From the NCBI GenBank assembly GCA_044229145.1, contig JBGATO010000001.1, positions 64,001 through 128,000 on the forward strand: a stretch of DNA of 64,000 nt, written 5' to 3'. This DNA comes from Candidatus Eiseniibacteriota bacterium. Lineage in GTDB: Bacteria; Eisenbacteria; RBG-16-71-46; CAZEPH01. The notes beneath the pieces were generated by a model. The model was not told the origin of the DNA. It saw only the letters and a list, made by a program, of their open reading frames with translations, and searched no databases. The translations under genes and the position numbers were made by a program. Positions 54,052 to 63,684 of the stretch are shown piece by piece (position 1 is the stretch's first letter; every line of letters begins with the position of its first letter).

Positions 54052-55254
54052 ATGGCTGTCCGTCTGTACAACACGCGTTCGGCGTCGATCGAAACCTTCG
54101 TCCCCGCCGCTCCGCCGCGCGTGTCGATGTACATCTGCGGTGCCACCGTCTACGCGCCGGCGCACATCGGGCACGGACGCTCGTATGTGATCTTCGACAC
54201 GCTGCGGCGATTGCTGCTCTTCCACGGATACGATGTCGACTTCGTGCAGAACTTCACCGACGTGGCGGAGGAGATTTCGCTGCGCGCGCGCGATGAGCAC
54301 ATGGACGCCGACGCATTTGCCGACCGCTTCGTGCGCGAATTCTGGGAGGACATGGACCGGCTGGCGATCCTGCGCGCGCGCGCCTATCCACGGGTCAGCG
54401 AATACATCGACGGCATCATTGCGTCGATCCACGGATTGCTCGCGCGCGACGCGGCGTACGTGCTCGACGGCAGCGTCTACTTCGACTCGCAAAAGGCCGG
54501 CGGGTTTGGCGCGCTGTCGCACCAACGGCTCGAAGACATGATCGCCGGCGGGCCGGGGAGCGCGGGGGGACGGCGTCACGCTCTCGACTTCGCGTTGTGG
54601 AAGCCCGCGGTGCCGCCGGAGTCGTCGTGGCCGGCGCCGTGGGGCGACGGCCGTCCGGGCTGGCACATCGAGTGCACCGTGATGTCGGGCGCCTTGCAGC
54701 CGCGGCCGCTCGACATCCACGGCGGCGGACTCGACCTCATCTACCCGCACCACGAGAGCGAGATGCTGATCGCGCACGCCGAAACGGGCTCCGATCTCGC
54801 GCGCTTCTACCTGCACCACCAGCTCGTCACGCACCGCTTGCAGAAGATGTCGAAGTCACGCGCCAACTACGTGACCTTGCGTGAGGTCTACGAGGAGTAC
54901 GAGCCTGAGGTCGTGCGCGTCGCGCTGTTGCAGCACCACTACCGCGAGCCGATGGAGTGTTGCGACGAGGGATTCGATGACGCGGAGCGCGCGCTCGACA
55001 CGTTGCGGCGCGCGGTCGAGATCGTCGGGCACGCGGAGCCGCGTGTCGTCGCGGCGGAGAGTCTCGGGGGAAGGATCGTCGCCGCGGTGGACGACGATCT
55101 CGGCACGCCGACCGCCCTCGACCTCGCCCTCGCGGAGGCCGAGGCGGTCACCGCGCATCCACAGGACCTCACGCCGGAGCGTCGCGCCGACGCCGCGGCC
55201 GCGTTTGCGGGGCTCGCAGAAATCTGCGGGCTGCCGTCGCTGCTCGCGCGCTAA
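54052..55254 (+). CDS. Cysteinyl-tRNA synthetase paralogue lacking the C-terminal anticodon-binding domain (MshC-like architecture)
   Basis: CGATVY..HIGH, DFALWK, GRPGWHIEC, HGGGLDLIYPHHESE, KMSKS, DDDLGTP. Ends at 400 aa with its stop overlapping the stop of the convergent gene. Confidence 0.88.
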   Translation: MAVRLYNTRSASIETFVPAAPPRVSMYICGATVYAPAHIGHGRSYVIFDTLRRLLLFHGYDVDFVQNFTDVAEEISLRARDEHMDADAFADRFVREFWEDMDRLAILRARAYPRVSEYIDGIIASIHGLLARDAAYVLDGSVYFDSQKAGGFGALSHQRLEDMIAGGPGSAGGRRHALDFALWKPAVPPESSWPAPWGDGRPGWHIECTVMSGALQPRPLDIHGGGLDLIYPHHESEMLIAHAETGSDLARFYLHHQLVTHRLQKMSKSRANYVTLREVYEEYEPEVVRVALLQHHYREPMECCDEGFDDAERALDTLRRAVEIVGHAEPRVVAAESLGGRIVAAVDDDLGTPTALDLALAEAEAVTAHPQDLTPERRADAAAAFAGLAEICGLPSLLAR

Positions 55255-56162
55255 TCGCCGTCCCATACCAGGCGCGGCACGTCCGACGGCGGCTTCCAGC
55301 GTTGGTGGAACCAATAGTATTGCGCCGGCGCGCGGCGGATTTGGGCTTCGACGGCGGCGGTCATCGCGCGCGTGAGGCGCAGGGCGTCGCGGTCGCGATC
55401 CGCGGTTGACTCGAAGACGAGTGCGGGTTCGAACGTCGCGGTGTGATGTACGCCATCCGCGTGGCGGACGATCGAGACAGGCACGACCGCGGCGCCGGAA
55501 CTCAACGCGATCCGTGCGGCGGCCGGAGACGTCGCGGCGTGATGTCCGAAGAACGGCACCAGGACGCCGCCGCGCCGCAACCGTTGATCGACGAGCACTC
55601 CCACGATCTCGCCGCGCCGCAAGCGCGTCAGAGCCTCGCGCCCGCCGCCGCGCAGCGGAATCGTGCCTTGTCCCCCGGCGCGCCGCGCCGCGTTGAGCCA
55701 TCGATCGACGCGCCGGTTCCGCTGCGCGCCGACGAGCACCGCTGTCGGATAGCCCTCGGCGACCAGACGCGGACCGATCAGCTCCCAGTTGCCGAGATGG
55801 CCGGTGAACAACAACACACCGCGCCCCACGGCCCGCGCGGCATCGAGGTGTGCGAGGCCATCCAGCGCCACCAGATCGCGCAGCCGCGGCGTCCGCTCGG
55901 CGAGCAGCAGACACTCGACGAGCAGACGGCCGCCGTGCGCGAACGTCTCCCGCGCCCGCGACGCCGCTGCACCGTCCGCGCCGTACGCACGCCGCAGATT
56001 GTCCGCGACGATGCGGCGGCGCTTCGGCATCACGGCGCGCAGCGCCAGGCCGAGTGCCGCACCGACGTGCGCGGCCGTGGTGTCGTCGAGCGGACGGATC
56101 CCCGCAGCCAGCGCCCGCAGCGCGACGGCCTGCGCGCGGTGCGCCAGCGGATCGCCCGTCAC
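55251..56162 (-). CDS. Lipid A late acyltransferase (LpxL/HtrB family)
   Basis: TGHLGNWE, LVDQ, VPFFG, PAQYYWFHQRWK. Confidence 0.88.
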   Translation of the reverse strand: MTGDPLAHRAQAVALRALAAGIRPLDDTTAAHVGAALGLALRAVMPKRRRIVADNLRRAYGADGAAASRARETFAHGGRLLVECLLLAERTPRLRDLVALDGLAHLDAARAVGRGVLLFTGHLGNWELIGPRLVAEGYPTAVLVGAQRNRRVDRWLNAARRAGGQGTIPLRGGGREALTRLRRGEIVGVLVDQRLRRGGVLVPFFGHHAATSPAAARIALSSGAAVVPVSIVRHADGVHHTATFEPALVFESTADRDRDALRLTRAMTAAVEAQIRRAPAQYYWFHQRWKPPSDVPRLVWDGD

Positions 56163-57196
56163 ACCACCCATCGCGCCACCGGAGAGAATCGCCATCCGAT
56201 CGCCTGATCGCAGCACGCGGCACTGCACACCAGGCAGCCAATGCACGCTGCCGCGTCGACTGCCGGCGGCGCGTTCTCGCGCAACCGCAGGGCGCCGGTC
56301 GGGCACACCGGCACGCAGGCCGCGCACCGTGTGCAACGCGTCGCGTCGATGCGCGCCTTCACCCACAACGCACGTTGGAGCAGCGGTGCGACGCCGCGTG
56401 GAATGTGACGCGCTGCCCAGTAGCTCGGACGCCGCGCGGGACGCGGAGCATCGTGTCCGAGCGGCCCGGCGACGTGCACGAAGGCGGGCAGCGTGCCCCG
56501 CCGGTTCGCCGCGTCGATGACCGGGAGCTCGTGCGGGCGGACGTCCAGAATCGGCGCGCATGCCGCCTCCACGGCCAGTGCGTCGCGGCCCGCCACCAGG
56601 CGACCCCGATGCACCGGCGGCCCGCCGCTCGGCCCCTCGCCTTCCATGCAATCGATCGCATCGACGATGGTCAGCGCCGGCGCCACCAGCGACGCGAGGT
56701 CGAGCAACACCTCGACGAAATCGGACGGCCGCGGATACCGCGTGTGCCACGTCCCCTTGGCGAAGCCCGGCTGCGTGCCGTAGATGTTCTTCACCGCGCC
56801 CGTGAGCAACGTGAGCGTGTGGGTCTTCAACTTGGCGAGCGAGATGATGACATCAAGGCCGCTGCGGGCATGATGCCGCGCGATGCCCTCCACCGCGCCG
56901 GGCGGACTGTCGCCGATCGTCACGTGGCCGCCGGCGTCGAGCACTGCGCGCGCGACCGCCGCCACCACCTGCGGATGCGTGGTGACCGCGCGATGCGGGC
57001 GGGCGGCATTGAGCAGGTTCGGCTTGAGCAACACCCGCGTGCCGCGCGACACGAAGGCTCGTATGCCGCCGAGCGGCGCGAGCACATCAACGAGCGCACC
57101 ATCGAGCGCCGCCGCGTCGTATGTCGGCGCACGCACGATCGACACATCGGGCACCGGCGGCGTGCCGCCGGGCGACCAGGGCAGCAGCGTCGTCAT
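56159..57196 (-). CDS. DUF362 domain protein with C-terminal 2x[4Fe-4S] ferredoxin
   Basis: VLLKPNLL, TTHP, GDSP, KLKTH, AVKN, MEGEGPSGG, two CxxCxxCxxxC motifs. Confidence 0.87.
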   Translation of the reverse strand: MTTLLPWSPGGTPPVPDVSIVRAPTYDAAALDGALVDVLAPLGGIRAFVSRGTRVLLKPNLLNAARPHRAVTTHPQVVAAVARAVLDAGGHVTIGDSPPGAVEGIARHHARSGLDVIISLAKLKTHTLTLLTGAVKNIYGTQPGFAKGTWHTRYPRPSDFVEVLLDLASLVAPALTIVDAIDCMEGEGPSGGPPVHRGRLVAGRDALAVEAACAPILDVRPHELPVIDAANRRGTLPAFVHVAGPLGHDAPRPARRPSYWAARHIPRGVAPLLQRALWVKARIDATRCTRCAACVPVCPTGALRLRENAPPAVDAAACIGCLVCSAACCDQAIGWRFSPVARWVV

Positions 57197-57209
57197 CCGC
57201 GCCTTCGCT

Positions 57210-58016
57210 TCATGGCGTGTCGCGCAGTCCCGCGTACAACGCCGGCCGCCGCTCGGCGAACAGATCGTTGCCGGACGACAGCTGCTTCGAGCGCGCCTCG
57301 GCGAGGTCGAGCGTCGCCACCGCGCCCCACGCGCCACTCTCCGGGCCTGCCACCAGGCGCTGCATGCGCAGACCGGTGATCTGGCTCGCGCCGGTGAACG
57401 TCAGCGTCGTGCCACCGCGCGCTTCGGTGCCGACGCGATTGGCCGTCGCCGCGAACACGCGATTCTCCAGCGAGCGGGTGAGCATCGCCTGCTGGCAGAA
57501 CGGCAGCACGAGATTGGCAGGATGGCAGACGAGTTCGGCGCCGCGCAACGCCAGCGAACGCATCGTCTCGGGGAAGAACCAGTCGAAGCAGATCATCACG
57601 CCGAGGGCACGGCCGCGCCACTGCACGACCGGCGCCGGCGCCTCGCCCGGCGCGAACCAGCGGCGTTCGTCGCCAAACAGGTGGATCTTGCGATAGATGG
57701 CGAGCACGCCTTCGGGCGCCAAGACCGCCGCGCTGTTGTAGACACGATCGTCCGCGCGCTCCGCGAAGCCGGCGACGATGACCGCGTCGCGTGCGGCTGC
57801 GACCTCGCGCAGGCGCGCGAGCCGTGGTTCGTCGACCGTCTCGCTCAATGCGCGCACTTCGTCGTGCGACGCGAAGACGTATCCCGAGAACGCCAGTTCC
57901 GGCAGCACGAACACGTCCGCGTCGAGTGTCGCCATCGCTGCCACGAGCGCCTCGCAATTGGCGTCGCGCGCACCGAAGACCGGCGACGACTGCACGACCG
58001 CCACGCGCGTCGTCAT
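57210..58016 (-). CDS. Carbon-nitrogen hydrolase (nitrilase/amidase superfamily)
   Basis: Glu-Lys-Cys triad motifs LPEL, YRKIHL, ICFDWFFPE. Confidence 0.9.
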   Translation of the reverse strand: MTTRVAVVQSSPVFGARDANCEALVAAMATLDADVFVLPELAFSGYVFASHDEVRALSETVDEPRLARLREVAAARDAVIVAGFAERADDRVYNSAAVLAPEGVLAIYRKIHLFGDERRWFAPGEAPAPVVQWRGRALGVMICFDWFFPETMRSLALRGAELVCHPANLVLPFCQQAMLTRSLENRVFAATANRVGTEARGGTTLTFTGASQITGLRMQRLVAGPESGAWGAVATLDLAEARSKQLSSGNDLFAERRPALYAGLRDTP

Positions 58017-59098
58017 GGTGTGATCCTCCGCGACGGCAGGACGGCCGCCACCGCATCGGCCATCGAGGCGATGCCGTCGCGCACCGGATCCGCCACCGGC
58101 AGGCCCGTCTCCTGCGCGATCCGCGCCCGCGCCGCCGCGGCGGCGTCCGCCGACATCGTCACCGTGTTCAGCGCCACCGCGACGACGCGTGCCGGCTTCA
58201 CCGGCGCCGCGCACGCTTCGTACAGTGCGATGAGGTCGCGCACCGGTGGAATCGCCGTGCGCGCGTAGCCATTCACGTGGCGACGAGCCGGATCGTGCAC
58301 CAGGACGAGCGCATCCGGACGCGCACCGTGCAGCAGGGAGAGCGTGACACCACTGTACGCCGGATGGATCACCGAGCCCTGCCCTTCCACGACGACGCAG
58401 CCCGCGCGCCGCAATCCTTCCTCGACGATGGCGTGTGTTGCCCCGGCGCCAAAGTCGGCGATCACGCGGTCGGTCGCGATGCCCCAGCCGGTGAGCAAGA
58501 TGCCCGTCTGTCCCGTCGCGCCCATCACCGCGTCGACACCGCGCGCGCACAGAGCCTCGGCCAGCAGGAGCGACACCGTCATCTTGCCGACGCTGCAGTC
58601 GCTCCCCACCGTGAGCACGACATCGCCCGGCCACGGCCGTTCGTCTTCCGGTGGTAGCGTGAGAATCGCCGGTGGCCGTCGCAGATCGATCAGCTCGACG
58701 CCGCGCGCCTCGGCGCGTGCGACGAGATCCGCGTCGTCGGCGAGGAACACGTGCAGGCCGCTCACCACGTGCAGACCGGCATCGACCGCTTCGACGATCG
58801 CCTCCCGATATGTGTCGGGCAAGCCGCCCCCGCGCGGCGCGATCCCGATGAGCAGCGCGGTCGCGCCGAGCGCAATCGCCTCGCCCAGCGTTGCCACCAC
58901 GGGCGGCGCGGAGTCGACGCCCAGCAACGTGGCGGCGTCCGCGCCGGCGTGCGTCGAGTCGAGCAACGCCACCACCTCGTCGCGCCGGAAGCGCACGACG
59001 CACGCCGCCGTCTTCGACTGGAACACGCCGAGCGCGCCCTCGACGAGGATCGCGTAACGGACCGGCGACGGCAGCGTGACGGTGAGCGTGCGGCTCAC
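58013..59098 (-). CDS. DUF1611 protein (DgcN-like D-Glu N-acetyltransferase)
   Basis: GIAPRGG, SGLH, GSDCSVGKM, TGQTG, VEGQGS..HPAYSGV. Confidence 0.88.
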   Translation of the reverse strand: MSRTLTVTLPSPVRYAILVEGALGVFQSKTAACVVRFRRDEVVALLDSTHAGADAATLLGVDSAPPVVATLGEAIALGATALLIGIAPRGGGLPDTYREAIVEAVDAGLHVVSGLHVFLADDADLVARAEARGVELIDLRRPPAILTLPPEDERPWPGDVVLTVGSDCSVGKMTVSLLLAEALCARGVDAVMGATGQTGILLTGWGIATDRVIADFGAGATHAIVEEGLRRAGCVVVEGQGSVIHPAYSGVTLSLLHGARPDALVLVHDPARRHVNGYARTAIPPVRDLIALYEACAAPVKPARVVAVALNTVTMSADAAAAARARIAQETGLPVADPVRDGIASMADAVAAVLPSRRITP

Positions 59099-60174
59099 AG
59101 AGGCCGCGCCTCACGCAAGGCCTTCGCCACCGCACGGTCGCGCGGCGCGACGCCGAGGCCGGGCGCGTCGCTCAACGTGATCGCTCCGCTCTCGACGCGC
59201 ATGCCGCGCATCGGGTCGCGCGCCAGCAGCGTGCTGCCGTCGAGATCGAGCACGTCGGCCTGCGACGCGAACTGCGCCGCCGCCGTCACGCCGACCGACG
59301 TCTCCACCATGCACCCGAACATCACCTGCAGCTTCAACGCGCGTGCCGTGGCGATCATGCGCCGCATCTCGCGGAGGCCGCCGCACTTCGCCAGCTTGAT
59401 GTTGATGCCGTCGACACGACCGGCCAGCCGCGCGAGATCGTCGCTGGTCTCGCACGCTTCGTCGGCGAACACCGGCACGTCGACGCGATCGCGCACGTAG
59501 CGCAGGCCGTCGAGATCGGCCGCCGGCACCGGCTGCTCGATCATGTCGACGCCGAGCGCCGCCAATCGCCGTCCGCGCGTCACCGCCTCGCGCGGCGTCC
59601 AGCCTTCATTCGCATCGACGTGCAGCGTCTGGTCGGTGTGCTTCCGGATCTCTTCGACGACCTCGACGTCCCCCGCGAAGCCGACCTTGATCTTGAGCGC
59701 GTCCCACCCCGCCGCCTCACGCACCTTCGCCAGCATGATCTCCGGCGTGTCGATGGCGATGGTCAGCGACGTCGACGGCAGCGGCAGGCCGCGGAAACCG
59801 AACACGTCGACGAGCGGCGCGCCGAGCGCCTTGCCGAGCAAATCGTGCAACGCCATGTCGACGGCGGCGCGCGCCGCCGGCTTGTGCCGCAGCCGCGCAC
59901 GGCAGCGGTCGAGAAGCAGGTCGAGCGCGAAGGGCGATGCGTCGGCACTCGCCAGCTCGCGCGCGTACACGCGCAACGCCGCCAATACCGTGCCGGTGTT
60001 CTCGCCAAAATACGTCGACGATGCTGCTTCGCCATAGCCCGTGAGCCCGCGCCAGCCGAGGGCCACCAGCACGGTTTGGAATTCGCCGGTGCCCCCGCGC
60101 GCGATGCGGAACGGGTGGCGGGTTTCGAGGGCGAGCGGCAGCGCGCGCAAGGTGATGCCGGGAGTTCGTGCCAT
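59095..60174 (-). CDS. Enolase-superfamily dipeptide epimerase (AEE/DgcA-like)
   Basis: KIKVG, VDANEGW, IEQP, ADE, NIKLAKCGG, GCMVET, DLDG. Confidence 0.9.
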   Translation of the reverse strand: MARTPGITLRALPLALETRHPFRIARGGTGEFQTVLVALGWRGLTGYGEAASSTYFGENTGTVLAALRVYARELASADASPFALDLLLDRCRARLRHKPAARAAVDMALHDLLGKALGAPLVDVFGFRGLPLPSTSLTIAIDTPEIMLAKVREAAGWDALKIKVGFAGDVEVVEEIRKHTDQTLHVDANEGWTPREAVTRGRRLAALGVDMIEQPVPAADLDGLRYVRDRVDVPVFADEACETSDDLARLAGRVDGINIKLAKCGGLREMRRMIATARALKLQVMFGCMVETSVGVTAAAQFASQADVLDLDGSTLLARDPMRGMRVESGAITLSDAPGLGVAPRDRAVAKALREARPL

Positions 60175-60263
60175 GGCCCGAACCGTGCCGGAGCCCGGCG
60201 TGCGCGTCAAGGCGTGAGCGGTTGGCGCTGGACGCCGGTGGAGCGAGCCGCTACAACCGCGCC

Positions 60264-61049
60264 ATGGACACACACGCGTGGCAATTGAGTGAGGGCGATG
60301 TCCCGCTGCTGGTCTGGCACGGCGGCGGGCCGGACGTCGTGGCGGTAGTCAGCACGCGGCGCGGCGGCGTCTCGCCGGCTCCGTGGACATCGCTCAATCT
60401 CGGCCGCGCCGTCGGCGATGACGAGGCGCGCGTCGACTTGAACCGCGACCGCCTGCTCGCCGCGTGCGGCGGCACCGCGATGCGCCTCGCGCGCATCCAC
60501 CAAGTGCATGGCGGCGAGATCCGCGACACCGACGCGCCGGAGTGGGACGACGACGGCCCGCGGCCCGATGCCGACGGCCTGTGCACCACGCAGGCGGGCC
60601 GGCTCCTCGTCATCACCGTCGCCGACTGCGCGCCTGTCTTCGTCGTGCATCCCCCCAGCGGCACACTGGCGGCCGTGCATGCGGGCTGGCGCGGCACCGT
60701 CGCGGGGATCGCGGCCTCGGCGGTGCGCGCGGTGGCGGCACGGGCGGGTGTTCCGGCGTCCGAGCTGCGCGCCGCCATCGGCCCGGCGATTGGTCCGTGC
60801 TGCTTCGAGGTCGGGCCCGAGGTCGTCGCGGCGTTGCCCGACAGCGAGGTGCGGCAGCGCGAGGGCGCGCGGAGTCACCTCGACTTGTGGGACGCCAACC
60901 GGCGGCAGCTCGCCGCCGCCGGCGTACCGGGCGGCGCCATCGACGTCGCGGAACTGTGCACGATGTGCCGCGCCGACCTGTTCTTCAGCCACCGCCGCGA
61001 CGCCGGGCGCACCGGCCGCATGCTGGCCCTGCTCGGCCGCCGCGGCTGA
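60264..61049 (+). CDS. pgeF: Peptidoglycan editing factor PgeF/YfiH family
   Basis: STRRGGVS, SLNLG, QVHG, ADCAPV, HAGWRG, GPAIGPCCFEVG, FFSHRR. Confidence 0.92.
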   Translation: MDTHAWQLSEGDVPLLVWHGGGPDVVAVVSTRRGGVSPAPWTSLNLGRAVGDDEARVDLNRDRLLAACGGTAMRLARIHQVHGGEIRDTDAPEWDDDGPRPDADGLCTTQAGRLLVITVADCAPVFVVHPPSGTLAAVHAGWRGTVAGIAASAVRAVAARAGVPASELRAAIGPAIGPCCFEVGPEVVAALPDSEVRQREGARSHLDLWDANRRQLAAAGVPGGAIDVAELCTMCRADLFFSHRRDAGRTGRMLALLGRRG

Positions 61050-61061
61050 CCGCAACACGAA

Positions 61062-61087
61062 GGGCGCCGGCGGTGAGGCCGGCGCCC
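61062..61087. terminator. Hairpin between convergent pgeF and tatA
   Basis: GGGCGCCGGC-GGTGAG-GCCGGCGCCC, a 10-bp perfect stem. Confidence 0.55.
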
Positions 61088-61109
61088 GATCACTGCGTGC
61101 TGTGGCTCG

Positions 61110-61307
61110 CTAGCTCGCGGCGGGCTTGTTCGGGTCCGACGCCGCCGGCTTCGACGCATCTTCGGCCACGTCGGTGTTGACCGCGCGCTTGAACTCGCGG
61201 ATCCCGCTGCCGAGCGACTTCGCCAGGTTCGGGATGTTCTTTCCGCCAAACAACACCAGCACGATGATCAGCAGGATGAACAGCTCCTGCGGGCCAAAAT
61301 TCGGCAT
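61110..61307 (-). CDS. tatA: Twin-arginine translocase TatA
   Basis: GPQELFILLIIVLVLFGGKNIPNLAKSLGSGIREFK. Confidence 0.93.
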   Translation of the reverse strand: MPNFGPQELFILLIIVLVLFGGKNIPNLAKSLGSGIREFKRAVNTDVAEDASKPAASDPNKPAAS

Positions 61308-61514
61308 CGTTCACCGCCTCACGTTCGACTGCGCCTGACCGCCCGCGCGGGCGGCCGCCGCTTCCGGAGGGGAAAGCGACTCAGGCGGATTGTACCCCCC
61401 GGCCTGGGAGGCGACAAGGTCAACCACGGGTGCGGACCCGCGGCGTCCCGCACCGCGGAGCTTGCCGCTCGCCCGCCCACGCGGCAGAGTCCCCGCACTC
61501 TTGGAGGAGCACCC

Positions 61515-62363
61515 GTGCACTTTGGATTCCACGTTCCCATCGCCGGCGGACTGCAGGTCGCGCCGGAAGCCGCCCGCCAGCGCGGCTGCACCGCGCTGCA
61601 GATCTTCCCGTCGACGCCGCGCGGATGGAAGCCGTCGCCGCGCAGCGAGGACGAGGTGGCGGCGTTTCGCGCCGCCCGCGACACCTGCGGCATCACGCAC
61701 GTGTTCTTGCACGCGATCTACCTGCTCAACCTGGCGTCGCCCGACGACGCGTTGCGCGCCCGTTCGATCGACGGGTGCGTGGACAGTCTGGTCCTCGGCG
61801 ACCGCATCGGCGCCGACGGCGTCGTCGTGCATCTGGGGAGCGCCACCGACGCGGCTACAGACGCGGGCGTCGCGCGGCTCGTGGAGTCGCTGCGCACGGT
61901 TCTCGGCCGCCACGCAGGCGCGACGCCGCTCCTCCTCGAGAACAGCGCGGGCGGCGGCAACAACCTGGGCAATTCGCTGGAACAGCTCGGCGCCATCGTC
62001 GACGGCCTCGGCGCGCCGCCGGAGCGTGTCGGCGTGTGCCTCGATACTTGTCACGCCTTCGCCGCCGGCGTCGACCTGCGCGAAGCGGCGACGCGCGAGT
62101 CCTGGCTGGCCGACGCCACCTCGCGCGGCCTCCTGGCGCGCGTCCGCCTCCTCCACCTCAACGACTCGGACGGTCCGGTCGGCTGCCGCCGCGACAACCA
62201 CGCCGGCATCGGCGACGGGCAGATCGGCGCCGACGCGCTGGGCGCCCTCATCCGCGACCCGCGGCTGTCCGACCTGCCCGCCATCCTCGAAACCCCGGGC
62301 CGCGACATCGCCGCGGACCTCGTGAACCTCGAACGCGTGCGCGCCTTGGCGGCGGCTACTTAG
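61515..62363 (+). CDS. nfo: Endonuclease IV (AP endonuclease)
   Basis: HAIYLLNLAS, VVHLGS, LLENSAG, CLDTCHAFAAG, HLNDS, ILETP. Confidence 0.92.
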   Translation: MHFGFHVPIAGGLQVAPEAARQRGCTALQIFPSTPRGWKPSPRSEDEVAAFRAARDTCGITHVFLHAIYLLNLASPDDALRARSIDGCVDSLVLGDRIGADGVVVHLGSATDAATDAGVARLVESLRTVLGRHAGATPLLLENSAGGGNNLGNSLEQLGAIVDGLGAPPERVGVCLDTCHAFAAGVDLREAATRESWLADATSRGLLARVRLLHLNDSDGPVGCRRDNHAGIGDGQIGADALGALIRDPRLSDLPAILETPGRDIAADLVNLERVRALAAAT

Positions 62364-62991
62364 CCCAGATTGCCTCCATGTGGCGCACCAGGTCCTGGTG
62401 CGACAGCCGCTCCGCCCGCCACAGCGTCTCGAACACCTGGTGCTTCCGTCCGCGCACGCGGCCGAACAGGTCGCGGAAGATCGCCCGGCGTTCCTTCTTC
62501 GTCACCGTGGGATGACCGCGGCGCCGCAAGCGCCCGTCGATCCACACGTTCCACACTTCGTTGAAGGCGTCGCGCAAGGCGCGCGGGATCTTCCAGCAGT
62601 CGATTCCGTGCACCACGTCGTCGCGCAGATGCGAAAGTTCGTGGAGGATCGTCCCCTCGAAGGTGCGGCGCGAGAAGCGCCGGCCGCTGATCTGCGAATG
62701 GTGCGTCTTGGCCCGCCCCAGCACGCGACGGCCGTCGCGCGTCAGGAAGTTCCCCATGTCGAGTTGCAGATAGACCGTGTACGGCTTGGCCACCGACCAC
62801 TGGATGTGCGCTTCGTCGCCGAAGTCGTCGACGTGCACGTGGACGTGGACCTCGCGCAGCAATGGCGCCAGGCGCATGCGCGACAACGCGCCGCGCAGGA
62901 TCGCCTCGGCGCGATCGCGGAACACGAAGGTCTCGGGCGACCAGTAGATGCGGACGTGCGGGGGGACGCGTGTGGACCGGTGACGCGCCAT
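62360..62991 (-). CDS. Hypothetical basic protein with a HExxH zincin-like motif
   Basis: ILHELSHLRD followed by FNEVWNVWIDGRL; coding-like composition. Confidence 0.6.
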
Positions 62992-63065
62992 GATTCGGGC
63001 TCCCTTCTGGTGACGACGGCGCCCGGATCCCGTGGAATACCGGCGCCGTGTGCCCGATCATAGCA

Positions 63066-63099
63066 AACGCGGCGGACGGTTCGGCCCGTTCGCCGCGTT
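63066..63099 (-). terminator. Hairpin downstream of the 63153-63635 gene
   Basis: AACGCGGCGGACGG...CCGTTCGCCGCGTT inverted repeat. Confidence 0.5.
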
Positions 63100-63152
63100 A
63101 CATTCACCTCACACCTGAGCTTGTCAGCCCAAGTAGCTATGTCCCAGTGTGT

Positions 63153-63635
63153 TTAGCGCCGGGTCCAATTCCGCTGGTCATCGCCCCAGATGGCGGTGTC
63201 GCGCAGGTAGTTGCTCCCCACCATGTCGACCCGGAGCGAGAAGTTCTTGCTGGGCTGGTAGTTGAGCCGGAGGCTCTCGAGCGACATCTTGCCGGCGTCG
63301 CCGGGGTAGCGCGGCGTGCCCATCAGGCGGTTCCCCACCGTCACCGCAGCGCTCAGCGGGCCGCCCATGTCGTACGACAGCGTGCTGTACGCCATGCTGC
63401 GGAAGCCGTCCGCGCCGCTGCCGAAGCCCGAACTCATGACCACCATGTTCGAGAAGTGCAGCCGCGACGGGTCGAAGATGCGGCTGGCGAGCGAGGTCGG
63501 GGCCGGGTCCGCGGCGTCCGGCACCCCGAGCGACGGTGTGGTCGAAGCCGACGGCGGAACCGTGAAAGCGCCGGCGAATGCGGTGGCACTCACGCACAAC
63601 AGCGCGGCAGCGGCGACGACAGAGACACGCAGCAT
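63153..63635 (-). CDS. Hypothetical secreted protein with beta-strand-rich C-terminus
   Basis: GGAGG RBS, signal peptide ending AFA, LRLNYQPSKNFSLRV strands. Confidence 0.65.
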   Translation of the reverse strand: MLRVSVVAAAALLCVSATAFAGAFTVPPSASTTPSLGVPDAADPAPTSLASRIFDPSRLHFSNMVVMSSGFGSGADGFRSMAYSTLSYDMGGPLSAAVTVGNRLMGTPRYPGDAGKMSLESLRLNYQPSKNFSLRVDMVGSNYLRDTAIWGDDQRNWTRR

Positions 63636-63684
63636 CGAACAGTACCTCCCGTTCCGTGGGTCCCGAGGGGGACGTGCGAACACG

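Noticed and set aside
45335..55254. Truncated CysRS acting on the nearby tRNA-Sec-like gene (selC*/CysRS*-type system)
   Set aside because: The tRNA has a UCA anticodon and a G73 discriminator, typical of true tRNA-Sec rather than the U73 needed for Cys identity. The genes are about 9 kb apart in different operons.
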